NCBI RefSeq assembly: GCF_963853765.1
Contig: NC_088858.1
Span: 53,568,001-53,632,000 of the forward strand
Reading direction: 5' to 3'
Origin: Magallana gigas
Taxonomy: Eukaryota
DNA length: 64,000 nucleotides
How positions within the stretch are numbered: position 1 is the stretch's first letter; every line of letters begins with the position of its first letter. This document shows positions 36,796 through 49,705 of this stretch, piece after piece. The position numbers and the translations under genes are program-made. The notes beneath the pieces are model-generated. The model saw only the letters and a program-made list of their open reading frames with translations, ran no database searches and had not been told where the DNA came from.

Positions 36796-38439
36796 TCACT
36801 CAAGATACTTGATGATTTTGATGCAGTTGGTGTCGCATTCTCCGACCCAAAGATTTTCTTCTGAATCCAAGCACAAAGCATACGGATCCTTCAAACCGCA
36901 TTTAATGTATCGTAAGAATGTTCCGTTTCGATCAATTACCCGAACGCAGTTATTATCGCGGTCTGCGACCAGGATACGACAACAACTGTCCGTTGCGATC
37001 CCATGGGGATAGAAATTTTTGATAATTGGCGAATCAGATCCAGTGTAACGAAAGCGAAATTCTCCAGATTTTTCCAATACTATCACTGCCCGAGCATTCC
37101 AGTCAGAAACACAGATGTCACCATTTCCGTTCTCGCAAATGTACATGTTGTTTCGACCCGGTAAAAATAAAGGTTTTCCTGTGTTGTCGAATTGAATTTC
37201 CTGTTTTAGACTCCCGTTGGCAAACACTCCTACTTTGCTTTCCTCTTGATTGTTTGTTCTCATGCATACCATCAAATCTCCTTCTAAATTGAAGCAGAGG
37301 CCATATGGAATCCACCCAGCCATGTCAACAAACTTCTCAATCCCTTTTTTGTTTACGAGATAAATACATTCATCTTCTTCGTGGGCAAATGCTATATGAC
37401 CATCTTTATTTATCGCTATATCTTTCTGGATGCCTTTAGAAACGGCATTGAAGACATTCAATATAGAACCTGATTTGTCTAGCTGTTTTATTTCTTCGTC
37501 ATCTCCATAGACCCAAACCTTGTCGTCCGACTCGCAGCAGATCCCTTTCAATTTTTTACCATGGGTGAAAATAGCTTTAATAAGTCTTGGTTCCGTCATT
37601 AACACTCTTGTGGATACCATAGAAATATCGCCTGTTTTGGATATCGTAAATCCAGGAAGAATGGAATGAACAGACGGTTTAAGAGAAACAACTTGTTCAA
37701 TGATTTTTTCTTCCTTAATGTTTGGCATTATAAGTTTTGGTGGGCTTACATCTTTCATTGATGGAACAAGTCGCAATTCATCTACGCTCGACTTGTACTC
37801 AAGCATCTCAATAGGGTTGTCCTCTTCTAGGAGCCTATTATTTCTTTCAATACAATATTTTACTTTTTTATACGAACCTTGCATTTCGTCTTTGTTGTCT
37901 TGCAAAATCTGCAGGTCTTCTTTAACCATGTTGGCCAGCTGCTTTTGGATTCTTTCTATTTCCCTATCGACGATTTTGTGCAATTCTTCTCCTAGTTTCA
38001 TGAGTGAACTATTTTCGTTATTGGTATGCTCAGTGTATATAGTGGCCTTCTCCTCCAGACCTTTTATGATCTTTGAATATTCGACCTCGAAGATTTTTAA
38101 CTCCTTCAAATCACCTGTGATGGTCATCCGCGAAGTTTCACAAATGTCCTTCAAAACCTCTATACCATGTCGTTTGTGATTTCGAGTCGGACACAACTGA
38201 CAGATTGGCACTTTACAGTCTTGACAGTAAAAAGTCTTTAGTTCTGTAGGGTGATCCACACATTTCTGCCACTCGTGATGCTTTGACGTGAACGGGATAA
38301 TTTCGTGAGGTGTTGATTTGCTTTTATCGATGTGTTCATCTTTGCATTGTAGACAGAGATTTTTTTGACAAATCTTGCAATGATGTGTTACAGCTTCTGT
38401 ACACTGACTGCAGCGAACAACATCTTGAGCGGTATTCAT
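36796..38439 (-). CDS. Paralog B2: RING-less TRIM-NHL-like protein, 547 aa
   Basis: Intact ORF with the same domain order; about 18 aa differences from reconstructed B1. Confidence 0.9.
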   Translation of the reverse strand: MNTAQDVVRCSQCTEAVTHHCKICQKNLCLQCKDEHIDKSKSTPHEIIPFTSKHHEWQKCVDHPTELKTFYCQDCKVPICQLCPTRNHKRHGIEVLKDICETSRMTITGDLKELKIFEVEYSKIIKGLEEKATIYTEHTNNENSSLMKLGEELHKIVDREIERIQKQLANMVKEDLQILQDNKDEMQGSYKKVKYCIERNNRLLEEDNPIEMLEYKSSVDELRLVPSMKDVSPPKLIMPNIKEEKIIEQVVSLKPSVHSILPGFTISKTGDISMVSTRVLMTEPRLIKAIFTHGKKLKGICCESDDKVWVYGDDEEIKQLDKSGSILNVFNAVSKGIQKDIAINKDGHIAFAHEEDECIYLVNKKGIEKFVDMAGWIPYGLCFNLEGDLMVCMRTNNQEESKVGVFANGSLKQEIQFDNTGKPLFLPGRNNMYICENGNGDICVSDWNARAVIVLEKSGEFRFRYTGSDSPIIKNFYPHGIATDSCCRILVADRDNNCVRVIDRNGTFLRYIKCGLKDPYALCLDSEENLWVGECDTNCIKIIKYLE

Positions 38440-40561
38440 GGCTTTATAGACTACCTTGAAATTTCATTCAATAAATTTGTATTAAATGGATGTATTTTGC
38501 AAAATATGCTACACAATATAATATATTCTCAGCAAATTTGATTGTAAGTCTTAACGTCATTTTGAAAAGATTAACGAAAACACTAAGATTATAAAAACAA
38601 TTTTTGAAATAAATGATTAGTGTTAAGAGGGCGCCAAGGTGTCCCTAAAGATTGTGGTTTCATACATGTTCTTTTAATATCGAGTTTCGTTGATTACGTT
38701 GTTGATTTGATACACAATATTTGATGTTAACTTAATTGAATTTTTTAATTACATATTGTGTTGAAAAGAGAATAAATTGTTAGAACTCTGATTTTTTTAA
38801 AACAAAAGTTGATGTCAACGCATCACAAAAGTTGATGTCAACGTATGTTAATGAAACCATAGTACGGTGTTTGTTTTCTTATCCAGACTAGAATACTATC
38901 ATAAAAGATATTGTGGGTAAAGCAATGATTTATATTCTTTCCAAAATCCGTATTTTCCGGTGACAAATTAAAAAAGACTTTGAAGTAATATAAATGTTAA
39001 TTACATTGTACTTTAAAATTTTAAAAAATGCTTTAAAAGCAGCAGAATGTTAATCGTTTATGAAGGTTTGGGAAAATACAAATATATTTCAGATGATCTT
39101 TTTTCTTCATTGACTAAATCACAGTCTATTAGAATTGGCAAACTTTTCGAGTCAAAATGAGAAATTAATATAGATTCACATTATTTGAAAAATATATTAT
39201 CTCATCAGTCTTTTCTGTTCAAATGCCATATTGTTAACAGACAATTTAAGATTTCATTACATCGTGAAAAATATCAGAAAAGCAAACTAATTTCCATTAG
39301 AAAGGATGTTCTTTTTCCTCTTGTATGAATAACCAAATAACATAATTACATAAAATTAAATACTTTAATAATAATCCCAAGTATATTTAAATCAATTCAT
39401 ATTTTTATATCAAAGTCATAAAATACATATATTTATATCTAACTTACTCAGGATATTTGGCTTCCATCAAAATCTGTTCAACCCCACTGAGGAGAATTTG
39501 TTATTTGGTCAGCGCTGTCGAAAAACTGTCATTTCGTCCGTGTTTAGCAAAAAACAATGCGGTAATATTTCCGATCATTTAAGCTATATTTCTACGAAAA
39601 AATGACGTATCAAATCTTTTTCATAAACATGATTTCCTGATAGCATATCGTGAACATCAATAGGTTAAATTGAGACTTATTCCCTTATATTCCGTGTGTT
39701 GAAAACCACGGCAGTTATAACACATAATACACACAGGGTACTCAAAGGTTAAAATGACGAGTTTTATTATGACGTTCACGCTTGTGGCTGTTACAGTGGC
39801 TCTTCCATTAATATAAACTTACCGTTATGATAAAATAGGAATTTTATGGTATGAATCACATTTGCAGACACGGCAAGAAGATAAAAATGTAAATTTAAGC
39901 ATTAAATCATAATTTTTTAAGTATACAGTCTCATAACTGCAGCGATGTGTGCATACAAATTTTCATAACGCACTAACGCGCGTTACTCAATTTGCATGCA
40001 ATTATATAATAATGCTATAAAGAATTTCCTGTTGTGTTGAGATGCGTCGTTTTCAAACAGGATTCGAGTAGTCGTCCAAAACATCGGGAAGTTAAATACT
40101 TCTAATGCTGTTTGGGTACAAACATGCTGCAAGACATTGCTAGACAGTTATTTATTTTATAAATTATTGAAAAAAAAAACTCTTGCATAAGATATGACAA
40201 TTAAAACTGTCAACCATCTCAAAAGTTCACATTGCGAGATAAAGTTTCAAAGCAGAGCAAACAGGGACCTTTAAAAAGATAGAAGTGGGATCAGGTCCCT
40301 GGGATGATTAAGAAGTTATAAAATATATTGAAAGATAGTATCGATATTTATACGTTTTCTTCGTTTTTTTAAGTTTATTATGTATTAACCAATTTTTGGC
40401 TTGAAACCTGACGTTTTCTATTTGTATTGTAGCTAGAAGAGAATCATGTTGTAATTTTCGCGATTATCTAGTATTCCGGGTTTTGCAATTACGTTTTCAG
40501 TACAAAATATTCAATAATCAAAACGTATGTATACCTTTCATTGTTTGTCATAGGAAATAAA

Positions 40562-42490
40562 AAACAAGAGGCCCATGGGGCCACATTGCTCACCTGAGCA
40601 ACAATGACTTTATATGGTCGTTCAAAGGATATTGTACCATATGGCCCCTCGATAGAATAACAAAAAATAAATATTGTAAAGTATTCGAATTTTACACTTA
40701 TTTTTGCATACACTTGATCTTTGACACTGTACCTTTATGTAATACCATTTTTACCAAAAATATGAGAATCCTATGCAAGATATGAAGCTAAATTTTTGTA
40801 GGGGTATGCGCTCAATTTCACAAATTAAAAACATTCCAAAAATTTAATTTGTCTTCCCTATCATAAGCGACTGTTGTTTACCTGGCGTAAACTCCCGTGA
40901 CTTTTCAACCTTACTCACTTGATTGATGAATACACTGAAATGAAAAATGTTGTCACGTGACATGTAAAAGATGTATTATAGACAATGTATTGACAGGCAT
41001 ATCACTGTTTTTACTAAGACCCATCCATTATTTTCATCTTTATTTAATAACAACAAATGGCTACAAACCAGGATAATTTTACGCTGTAATATTTTCTAAG
41101 GAATAGCGATAATGCCTTTATCCCCGTAACAAAATGTGTCAGAACTATGAAAACTATGAACGCTGTCTTAATGGTGTCGTTTTTATTTAATTGTGTCTGA
41201 ACAACTATTGAAATTAATGTGGTTTCGTATAATTCTGAATCATCGTATTAAGAGGGGGACCCAGAAAGTAACCCTAACCCTGTATACAGCATATCAATTT
41301 TGGTACAAATATTAAACGTTTAGCGAGACATTTCTAATGTATGATCAACCAAAATTTCAGCGTCAATCAAGCAAAATACAGAGCTAAAAATTTTGCTAGA
41401 TTTTAAACTTGGTATTTCCTATTCAACATCTAAAATGAAAACAAAAAATGGCCTCATATCTGTGTACAAAGCCCTGTTTTTTGCTTATTATTTGAAGCTT
41501 AACACTCAAATACGGTTAGTAAATAGAAATTGTAAACAATTAAACAGAAGAGACATGCACTAAAACATAGAGCACGATTTATTTTTCAAAATGAATCATT
41601 TATATACCTAGCTATTACATATTTCCGTCAGCGATATTAAACTCTGTTTAAACTGATTAAACTCGAGAAAAAGCTGAGCATCTCAACAAAACACGTTGCA
41701 CTAATCAACCATTAGGCAAAAGATCATACCGAATTACCAATAGAATGAATTGTATTTAGTACTTTGTTTATATATCAGATTTTGCTTATTTGCGCAGGCA
41801 AACAGTCAACTGTCTGATTTACCGAAGTCTATGTTTGATTTGATACGTAAACACTACAAAATACAGGCGATAGTTCCCCAAATTACAAAACATAAATGAT
41901 ATGAAAATGAACGAAAATCAAAACAAGCTAAAATAATACAACCGTTAAATATGAAAACTGTCAACGCATTGAACTATTAAACCTCAATTTACTTCACAAA
42001 ATCGGCTCTAATGTATCTTGCATGTTTCAAAGATACTCTTTGCACGCAATTTATCATTCAACATGGCTGCTTTAAACAAAGAACCTACTTTTACATCGTC
42101 CCCTTTTAGAAGAATGGAATACCGAACCCCAAGTTAAAATCTGATCTAAACAGGCATTTCCTTCATTATTATTTTCATAATAACTAAGAATTGAAGAAGA
42201 ATAAGCCCATACTTTTGCAATTTATATTTCCCTTTCCATAAGGAATATTTATGCTAAATTACGTTGAAATTGACACAGCAGTTCTGAAGAAGAAGATTTT
42301 TTAAAATGCACCCCCCTTTTTGTACATTTTCGAGGTTTTTTCCGCTTTGAATGAAGATCGATCTTTTATTTCTGCAATTTATATTTGCCTTACCAGAAGG
42401 AGTTATGTGTCAAATTTGGTTGAAATAGGTCAAGAGGGTTTAGAGAAGAAGTCCAAAATGTAAAAAGTTTACAGACGCACGGACAAACGT
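40562..42490 (+). mobile_element. Paralogous HINE/Helentron-type element with its right end lost
   Basis: Same left end as 14,652. Homology stops at ACAGACGCACGGACAAAC, before the 3' hairpin. Confidence 0.65.
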
Positions 42491-42499
42491 GGATTGTGG

Positions 42500-42673
42500 G
42501 TTTTTTTGCTTGTTTGTGGGGATCTAATTTCGTGGATGAGTCAGTTTTTAGTTTCAGTAGGTAAACCAAACCTTTTATAATTACTTTTCGCCGAGGATTT
42601 AAATTCGTGGGCGAGAGCTACCCACGAATACCACGAAAATTGAGCCACCACGAATTCTAATGGTTCAACAGTA
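42500..42673. mobile_element. One-ended fragment of a TA-type (mariner-like) MITE
   Basis: Ends CCACGAAAATTGAGCCACCACGAATTCTAATGGTTCAACAG-TA with repeated TTCGTGG/CCACGAA motifs; absent from copy 1. Confidence 0.55.
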
Positions 42674-44031
42674 TTTAATATTGTTAATACACATAACCTA
42701 CTTTGGGGCCACAGCGCAATTAGTGTCAGTGAAAGGAAACATTTATCTTCTTTACTTCATCGTTATATTAAAGACACAAAAAGATTTAGTTGATGTTTGT
42801 ACATCATTTAAAATGTATTTATAACTGCCATATGATCTGTTGACCGCACATGTGTATACATAATCTGTATTGTATTATATACTTTTATTGGGAGAGGGTG
42901 GTCTAAGTTTTTTAACTTGTGTACGATCCCAGTTGAAATTTTGTACGATAATATATGTTCAAATCAATTAATATTTAATTAAACTTGATTTATAATTTTT
43001 TTTGGTAATTTTATTGTTAATAGCGATATAAACATGTATGGCATTTACCCTGCTGTTGTCCCGCCGAGACACTGGAATCAGATTAACCTTTCTTAATCGA
43101 GATGCAAAATTATATAAAATATAGGAGAATGAGCTTTGGAATTTCTTTTCAGGGTATAAATATCTGATTACAGGCTGATAGCGTTGAATGATTATTTTTT
43201 TATGTCGCCGGTCCTACACCAGGCCGTGCAGACAAATTGAATACTGCGCGTTTTGCTGGCCACCCAGCCTTGGTTCTTTGGAGAAAAAAAACAATATTTG
43301 TCTGGCTTTCTAGCTAAGACTACTCAATCTGCTTATGTTTCTGTCTTCCCACAAATGTTTATTTAAAAATAAAATTTGGTGTTTTGACTATTTTTACAAC
43401 GTGTTATTTCACTTGAAACCAGCTTCATTATTAACTTGTTTCGACGCAAGAAAAAGGTAGTTACTACCTATCGAAAGCCAAAGGTCTTGTTAAAATGGTT
43501 CTATCAGACATGGTGAATAGATTTCAGGCAAGTAAACTGGTGGGCAACTTTACAGTAAAGAAAACTGGTCATGTGATTGTATCCTGGCTCAGGACTTCAT
43601 ATGATTTCTACAACTAAGCTGATTAACCTGAAATCACCACAGGTCTTTTTTAAGCTAATCATCTAATGTTTTAGAAAAGTCGAAGTATTTTTTCGAAATG
43701 TTATAAAATTTATTGAATAATTACTATACACAGGTAAAACGTTATTTATTTAGAATGTATATGAGCATAATGGTATGATACAACAATAAAAACTTTGGAA
43801 GCCACAATTCACAGCTAAACATTCAACAGCGCTGACCTTTTACTGCAAACAACAAATCTAATTCCCAAATATACTTGTACAGTTACAAAGATATGGTGAA
43901 AAATAGTTTTCTTCAATTTAGGAAACGTAAACATGAAAAATATGTAATTCATCAAGCAATCTAGCAAAACCATAATAGTTAGATATACAAAATTATATTA
44001 AGCATTTCAATTGTTTCAGGAAAATGGGTTC

Positions 44032-44034
<3 letters not shown>

Positions 44035-44076
<42 letters not shown>
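44035..44076. repeat. (TA)~21 microsatellite
   Basis: Direct reading. Confidence 0.95.
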
Positions 44077-44080
<4 letters not shown>

Positions 44081-44463
44081 ACAACAATAACAATGTTATT
44101 TCTTGTTTGTAGAACCCCGCGCGCTCGTACTGGAATAAAATTATACAAGTAATATTATACATAATTATTAATTTCCTGCATCCAGGAAATTGTGCTGTTT
44201 TCTGTTTTATTTCCGCTCTATTTTTTGGCATTTTGAATAATTTAAATTTATAAATCTTAAACAAATAGTAGAAATATAACTGTCCGATGAAATTAAATTT
44301 ATTTACATTCCGCCTTAAACTTCTGGCTACAAAAAAATAATTTTTTAATCACTCGCCCGCTCGTACCCTTTTACACTGAATGTCCGACGAACAGGAAATT
44401 TTATTGGTGTGGCCATATATAGTTTTGTTAAAAAAAAAGAAGACATAATCTTTTATTATCAAG

Positions 44464-46192
44464 TCACTTAAGATACTTGATGATTTTGATGCAGTCATTG
44501 TCACATTCTCCGACCCAAAGATTTTCTTCTTCATCCAAGCTCAAAACAAACGGATCCTGCAAACCACACGTGATGTACCGTAAGAACTTTCCGTTTCTGT
44601 CGGTTACATGAACGCAATTATTATCTCGATCTACGACCAGAATACGACAGGAACTGTCCGTTGCGATCCCGTGGGGATAGAACTCTTTGAAGCTGCGCGA
44701 TAGGCATCCGGTATAACGGAAGCGAAATTCTCCGGATTTTTTCATCGAAATCACAGCGCATGCGTTCCAGTCAGAAACACAGATGTCACCATTTCCGTTT
44801 TCACAAATATACATATTGTTTCGGCTGACAGAAAATAATGGTTTCCCAGTTTCATCAAATTGGAATTCTTTGTTTAATTTTTCCTTGGTGAATAAACCCA
44901 CTTTGCTTTCTGTATAATCATTACGTCGCATGCACACCAACAACTCTCCGTCTGAATTGAAGCAGAGGCCATACGGTATCCAGTCGGACATATCGACAAA
45001 CTTCTCGATCTTGGTCTTGTTTACTAAATAAATGCATGTTTCTTCCTTGTGAGAGAATGCTATATTGCCATCATTATTCATCGCTATATCTTTCTGACTG
45101 TTTCCAGTTGCGGCACTGAAGCATTTCAAAGTAAAACCCGATCTGTCTAGTTGTTTAATCTTTTCGTCATCTCCATAAATCCAAACCTTTTCCGTGGACT
45201 CGCAGCAGATTCCTTTAATTTTTTTACACTTTGTTGGGAGAACATCAAGAACAACTGGCTCTTCCATCATCATTTGTGTTGAAACCATGGTAACATCGCC
45301 CGTTTTACTTATGGTAAAACCTGGAAGTGTTGAGTGTACAGATGGCTGAAGAGACACAATCTTTTCAATGAATTCTTCTTTTTTCACGTCTGGCAAAGTC
45401 AGTTTGGGTGGTCTTACGTCTCTCATAGATGGTACAAGCCGTAATTCTTCTACGATTGATTTGTACTCAAGCATCTTCAAGGATTTTTCTTCTTTCAAGA
45501 TATGTTTGTTTTGCTCAATACAACCTTTTATTATTTGATATAAATTCTGCACTTTGTCTTTTTCGACTCGTAAAATCTGAAGATCTTCATTGACCATATC
45601 AGCCAGTTTGTGTTCAATTGTTTCTATTGCTTTATCAATGATGTCGTGCCAGATTTGTCCTATGGTTTTGAGAGAACTCTTTTCTTGATTGCTTTGCTCT
45701 GTGTATTTCTTGATTTTTATATCCCGATCTTCGACAATCATTGAATACTCTCTTTCAAAACGATGCAATTCTTTCAAATCTTCTGTGACATTGCTCCGGG
45801 TTTTTCCCAAAATCTCCGACAATTCCACTGCTCCATGTCGTTTGTGATTTGCAGTCAGGCACAGCGAACAGATCGGGACGTTACAGTCCTGACAGTAAAG
45901 GTTTCGAGATTCTCCAGGATGGTCCTGGCATTCCGGTACCTGGTGGTTTCGGTTGGACAGACTCTGATGTGTATGAAAGAATTTCATGCTTCAAAGATTT
46001 GTTTCTGTCTAGATGTGTCTGTACACACTGCCCGCAGAGGTTAATATTACAACTCCCGCATAGAAAGGCGACGACTTCCGTACATATGCTGCACCGAACG
46101 ACATCTTGTGCTGTGTTCGTAGTGCACCGATCGAAATCTTGTGCTATGTTCGTGGTGCATCGATCGAAATCTTGTGCTGTGTTCGTGGCCAT
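44464..46192 (-). pseudogene. Paralog C2: B-box/coiled-coil/NHL gene with a +1 frameshift between the B-boxes (pseudogene or assembly error)
   Basis: ORFs 45,881-46,234 and 44,464-45,987 join if one G at 45,942-43 is removed (CCA-C-CAG versus expected CCA-CAG). Span is 1,729 = 576 codons + 1. Confidence 0.85.
46090..46188 (-). repeat. 33-bp coding tandem repeat, 3 units (TNTAQDFDRCT-TNIAQDFDRCT-TNTAQDVVRCS)
   Basis: Direct reading. Confidence 0.95.
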
Positions 46193-49100
46193 GTCTTTCA
46201 ATCTTTCTGGAATATTTGAGAATAAATTTATCAACTGAACATACGTAATGTCCTGTATAAAAAATAATATTACCCTAAACAGAAAGAAGCGAGCTCATTA
46301 AACCCCACAGTTTCATGACAATTCGAGTCTTTCCCCGACCTTCGTTAACGACAATTGACTTATCATTTTCCTGTTGTTCATTGATTCAGCAATAAATCAA
46401 TATAGTAAGTACTTCCCTGTTTGTAATGTTTCCGTTGATAATGTCATAAATCGGAACGGAAACAGAAAAGAACTGCTCTTTTTAATCAAAACATTCATGT
46501 CGTTACTTGCATAGTATTACTTTCATTTAATTAATATAAAACATCTCTCACCCTTACCGGAATGCAGTCGTCAGCTTTAAACACCGCAGTAGTAGAACAG
46601 TCTGAAGGGGTTGAAACAGCATTCATTGCATAATCTCTCTTTTTCCGTATCTGTAAATTCCATGTATTTTCTCCCTATCTATAATTGTTTAAACTTGAGA
46701 ACACTCGAACTGTTCCTGTGTATGTATATTTTAGAATGCGACCGACAGGTGGCCACTCCTGAAACAATGATACCTCTGTCAATATAGCTATATTGATTTT
46801 CAAGGCTGAAGCTAGCAGCCACTATATTATTCGATTTTTTTTAATTTTTAGCCGGGCTCTGCTGAAGGCAGAGTCCTGGCTGTCGGCAGGCAAATCGCAA
46901 ATGTTACTTTAAATAGCACAACTTCAAAAGTGAACAAAAAACCAAACAGCGTCAAAGTAAAAGCTTCCGCTATACCAAATAGTTACACGAAGAGCCACGT
47001 TTTGAGGGCAGTTTGTCTCTTTCATTTTAATTTCGAGAGAATTGTCTATCTTTTTAGTTTTCTTATTAATAACTTGTTTTAAAAACAAGACTATGCATTT
47101 TGGACACATACAATGCGCATGAATTTCCATGAACTACTTTGCTGCGCGTTGAAGAAATGGGAATTGAATATATAACGCATGTTGCAAAATTCAAGGCAGC
47201 AACTGTTGAACTTTTTTCTACTAGACAGACATATATTTGTTTAAAGCCGCTTACAAAATTTGGTCGCTCTCTGACGCTCTGCCGACATTAAAAGCATGAG
47301 AGAGAGAGAGAGAGAGAGAGATTTCAGTCTTTACCACACAATATGCATAAAGACACACCAAAAGAGCCCGGCTTTCAGTACTTCAGTACTTTGATTTGTT
47401 TAAGTATTCTCGTTATCAAACATACTTCTTATAATAAGAAATTCATGAAATTTGACACAGTCAAACGGATCTTATTACCAAATGATTCTATCAGTTTAAT
47501 CAAATTTGACCTTTTTGTTTTCGCATAAGGTCAGTCAAGGTCACTACCTTTTTCCTCAACGTAAAGGATGATAAAAATAAGTGTAGCTCTTTGTAGTTGT
47601 GTAGACATTTGTTTAATATTTGAAGATTCTATTCTTCAATGAAATGATTGAATATCAAAATGTCTATCAGCTAATACTACTAAATTGGAATAAATATTTA
47701 TGCCAAAATTTATATTGCTTAGCCCGCATTTCCTCTAATTTTCTTAAAGTATATGTGGCGTATTTGGAGTAAAATTTTTGACATGAATTTTAGTGAAAAT
47801 AAACATTATGCTTCTTATAATTAGACGTTTCACAAACTCTAACCCCGTAAAAATGTTCTTTTATTAGTTATTTGTCTCTAAACTTTGCTACACGTCTGAT
47901 GAATATTAATGTTATCGGCCATTTGTAACGCCACAGCGCATGAGTGCGGGAAAACCTAGTGTTGAAAACACGATGGAAGAACAGTTTGTTTACAAATTAG
48001 GATCACGTTTTTCATGTCTTAAATTAGATAATTCTTATATCAGATGATACCCGAAGCATTAGTATTCCCTTATTCATTAATGTAGAACGATATAAATTGC
48101 TAATTTTGTATAATGAAACACTATTTTAGCATCAACGACACGGTAAAATGAGTGAATACCCCCTCTCCTGAGGAATGCATGCACTGAGAGTGTTTATTAA
48201 TTCTTTATTCAAAAATTTCTCTAAACGGAAATACACTTTTGGCTCATAACTTATAAAGTAAAGACATGGAACACATGGAGCACGTACGAACCTGACTAGC
48301 AAAACCCCTACAACTTCATGATAAAAACTTATTAAACTTAAGTTTAATTCGGCTTTAATTCCTATTCCATCAATCTACATGGTCTCCGATGACAATCATC
48401 ACTTTGCTCCTATCCTTGTCAGTCTATCTCTTTTTTTTCTTTCTTGGCCAAGTCTGTCAAACTTAACGGTATTACGGGTATACCTATCTTTCTCGTCGTC
48501 GCCATTGTTGTTGTGATAGACTGAGCATGGTATCACGTGACCGATTTAAGGCGGGGTTTATTCAAATGCTGTATTTATTGTGGACGCGAAAATAATTATA
48601 AAAATTATTTATGAATTTCTATATCTTTTTAACCCGATTGATATAAACTGCGTAATTTATTGTAAAGATATATCTTTATATTTATAATAACATATTTAAA
48701 TAAATCAATCAATCAAATATTTCTTAGCATGAAAAAAATACGCCATATATACCTTTAAATTTTGAAGAAATGTTGATTATTTTTTTATGCTTCCAATAAT
48801 GAAATATTTCTGATTTTTATGTATGATGAAGACTTTATATAAAGATATAAATTGACAGAAAAGCTTATATATTGACGATTTAATAAGAGAGAAAACTGAT
48901 TTTAGTGATTCTTTCACAAAAATCAGTGTATAGAATGGGCGCTTTAAAAAGCTTGTAAAAATGTAATTTAATAGGCAAATCATATTTTAAAAATATATTC
49001 TGAAACCCAGGTATCATAGCATTAGTCCACATTAGTAAAAAAAAATCCAACATTAATGTTATTGCTTTTATAATGCTAAAACAGACTCATTAATCTGCAG

Positions 49101-49330
49101 CAATTCTAAATTGCGGAACATGTGATATTTTCCTACGCCAATATTACGCCAAAAATATAGTCCTTGTTAGATTCTAAACATTGATTACTTTTTCCATGCC
49201 AAGATGTACATGTATGATAGTAAAAAAGAAAGAAAAATATACTATTTTAATTTCCCTTCATCTTGATTTACTGAACAATTAATCAATTTTACATTTGACA
49301 AGTCAAAAACCAGAAAAGATTCCTTCCTTA

Positions 49331-49445
49331 AGTTACCCTTGTTATTGGTTTAAGAACTCTGTTTCTTACAGGAACATCTAGCTTAAATTTACTCTCGACA
49401 TTAACGGAAGACCCACTCGTTGCTTTGCAACGAGCTTTGCTCTAG
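49331..49445 (+). mobile_element. Helitron-type 3' terminus (hairpin + CTAG)
   Basis: CTCGTTGC-TTT-GCAACGAG hairpin at 49,416-49,434, then 7 nt, then CTAG|TT; same family as 7,682. 5' end not located. Confidence 0.6.
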
Positions 49446-49638
49446 TTTTCATTTCAATGCTAAATATAATAGCAGTTTAGGAAGACACAGGTTCGTTCAT
49501 CTTATGGAAACAACTCGGTGATTGGTCGCTACCAATTTCGTATATGCAATGTTGTTAGACACGTAGGAAGGACATGTTGGAACTTTCGCCACCATCATGC
49601 AAAAAAATTGCTCTGTAAGGTTAATACCCGCTAGATTG

Positions 49639-49641
<3 letters not shown>

Positions 49642-49702
<61 letters not shown>
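49642..49702. repeat. (GA)~30 microsatellite
   Basis: Direct reading. Confidence 0.97.

Positions 49703-49705
<3 letters not shown>

Larger units (their letters stand above)
27806..46824. repeat. Segmental duplication, copy 2 of the three-gene cassette
   Basis: Collinear with 1-21,952 apart from multiple indels and TE insertions. Confidence 0.93.

Noticed and set aside
37700-38179. Plus-strand ORFs antisense to the B-box/NHL genes (also 10,821-11,141, 775-975, 2,069-2,335, 45,849-46,238)
   Set aside because: Shadow frames of the real genes; conserved only because the sense genes are duplicated.
44034-44264. ORF ending YIYIYI
   Set aside because: Translation of the (TA)n microsatellite.
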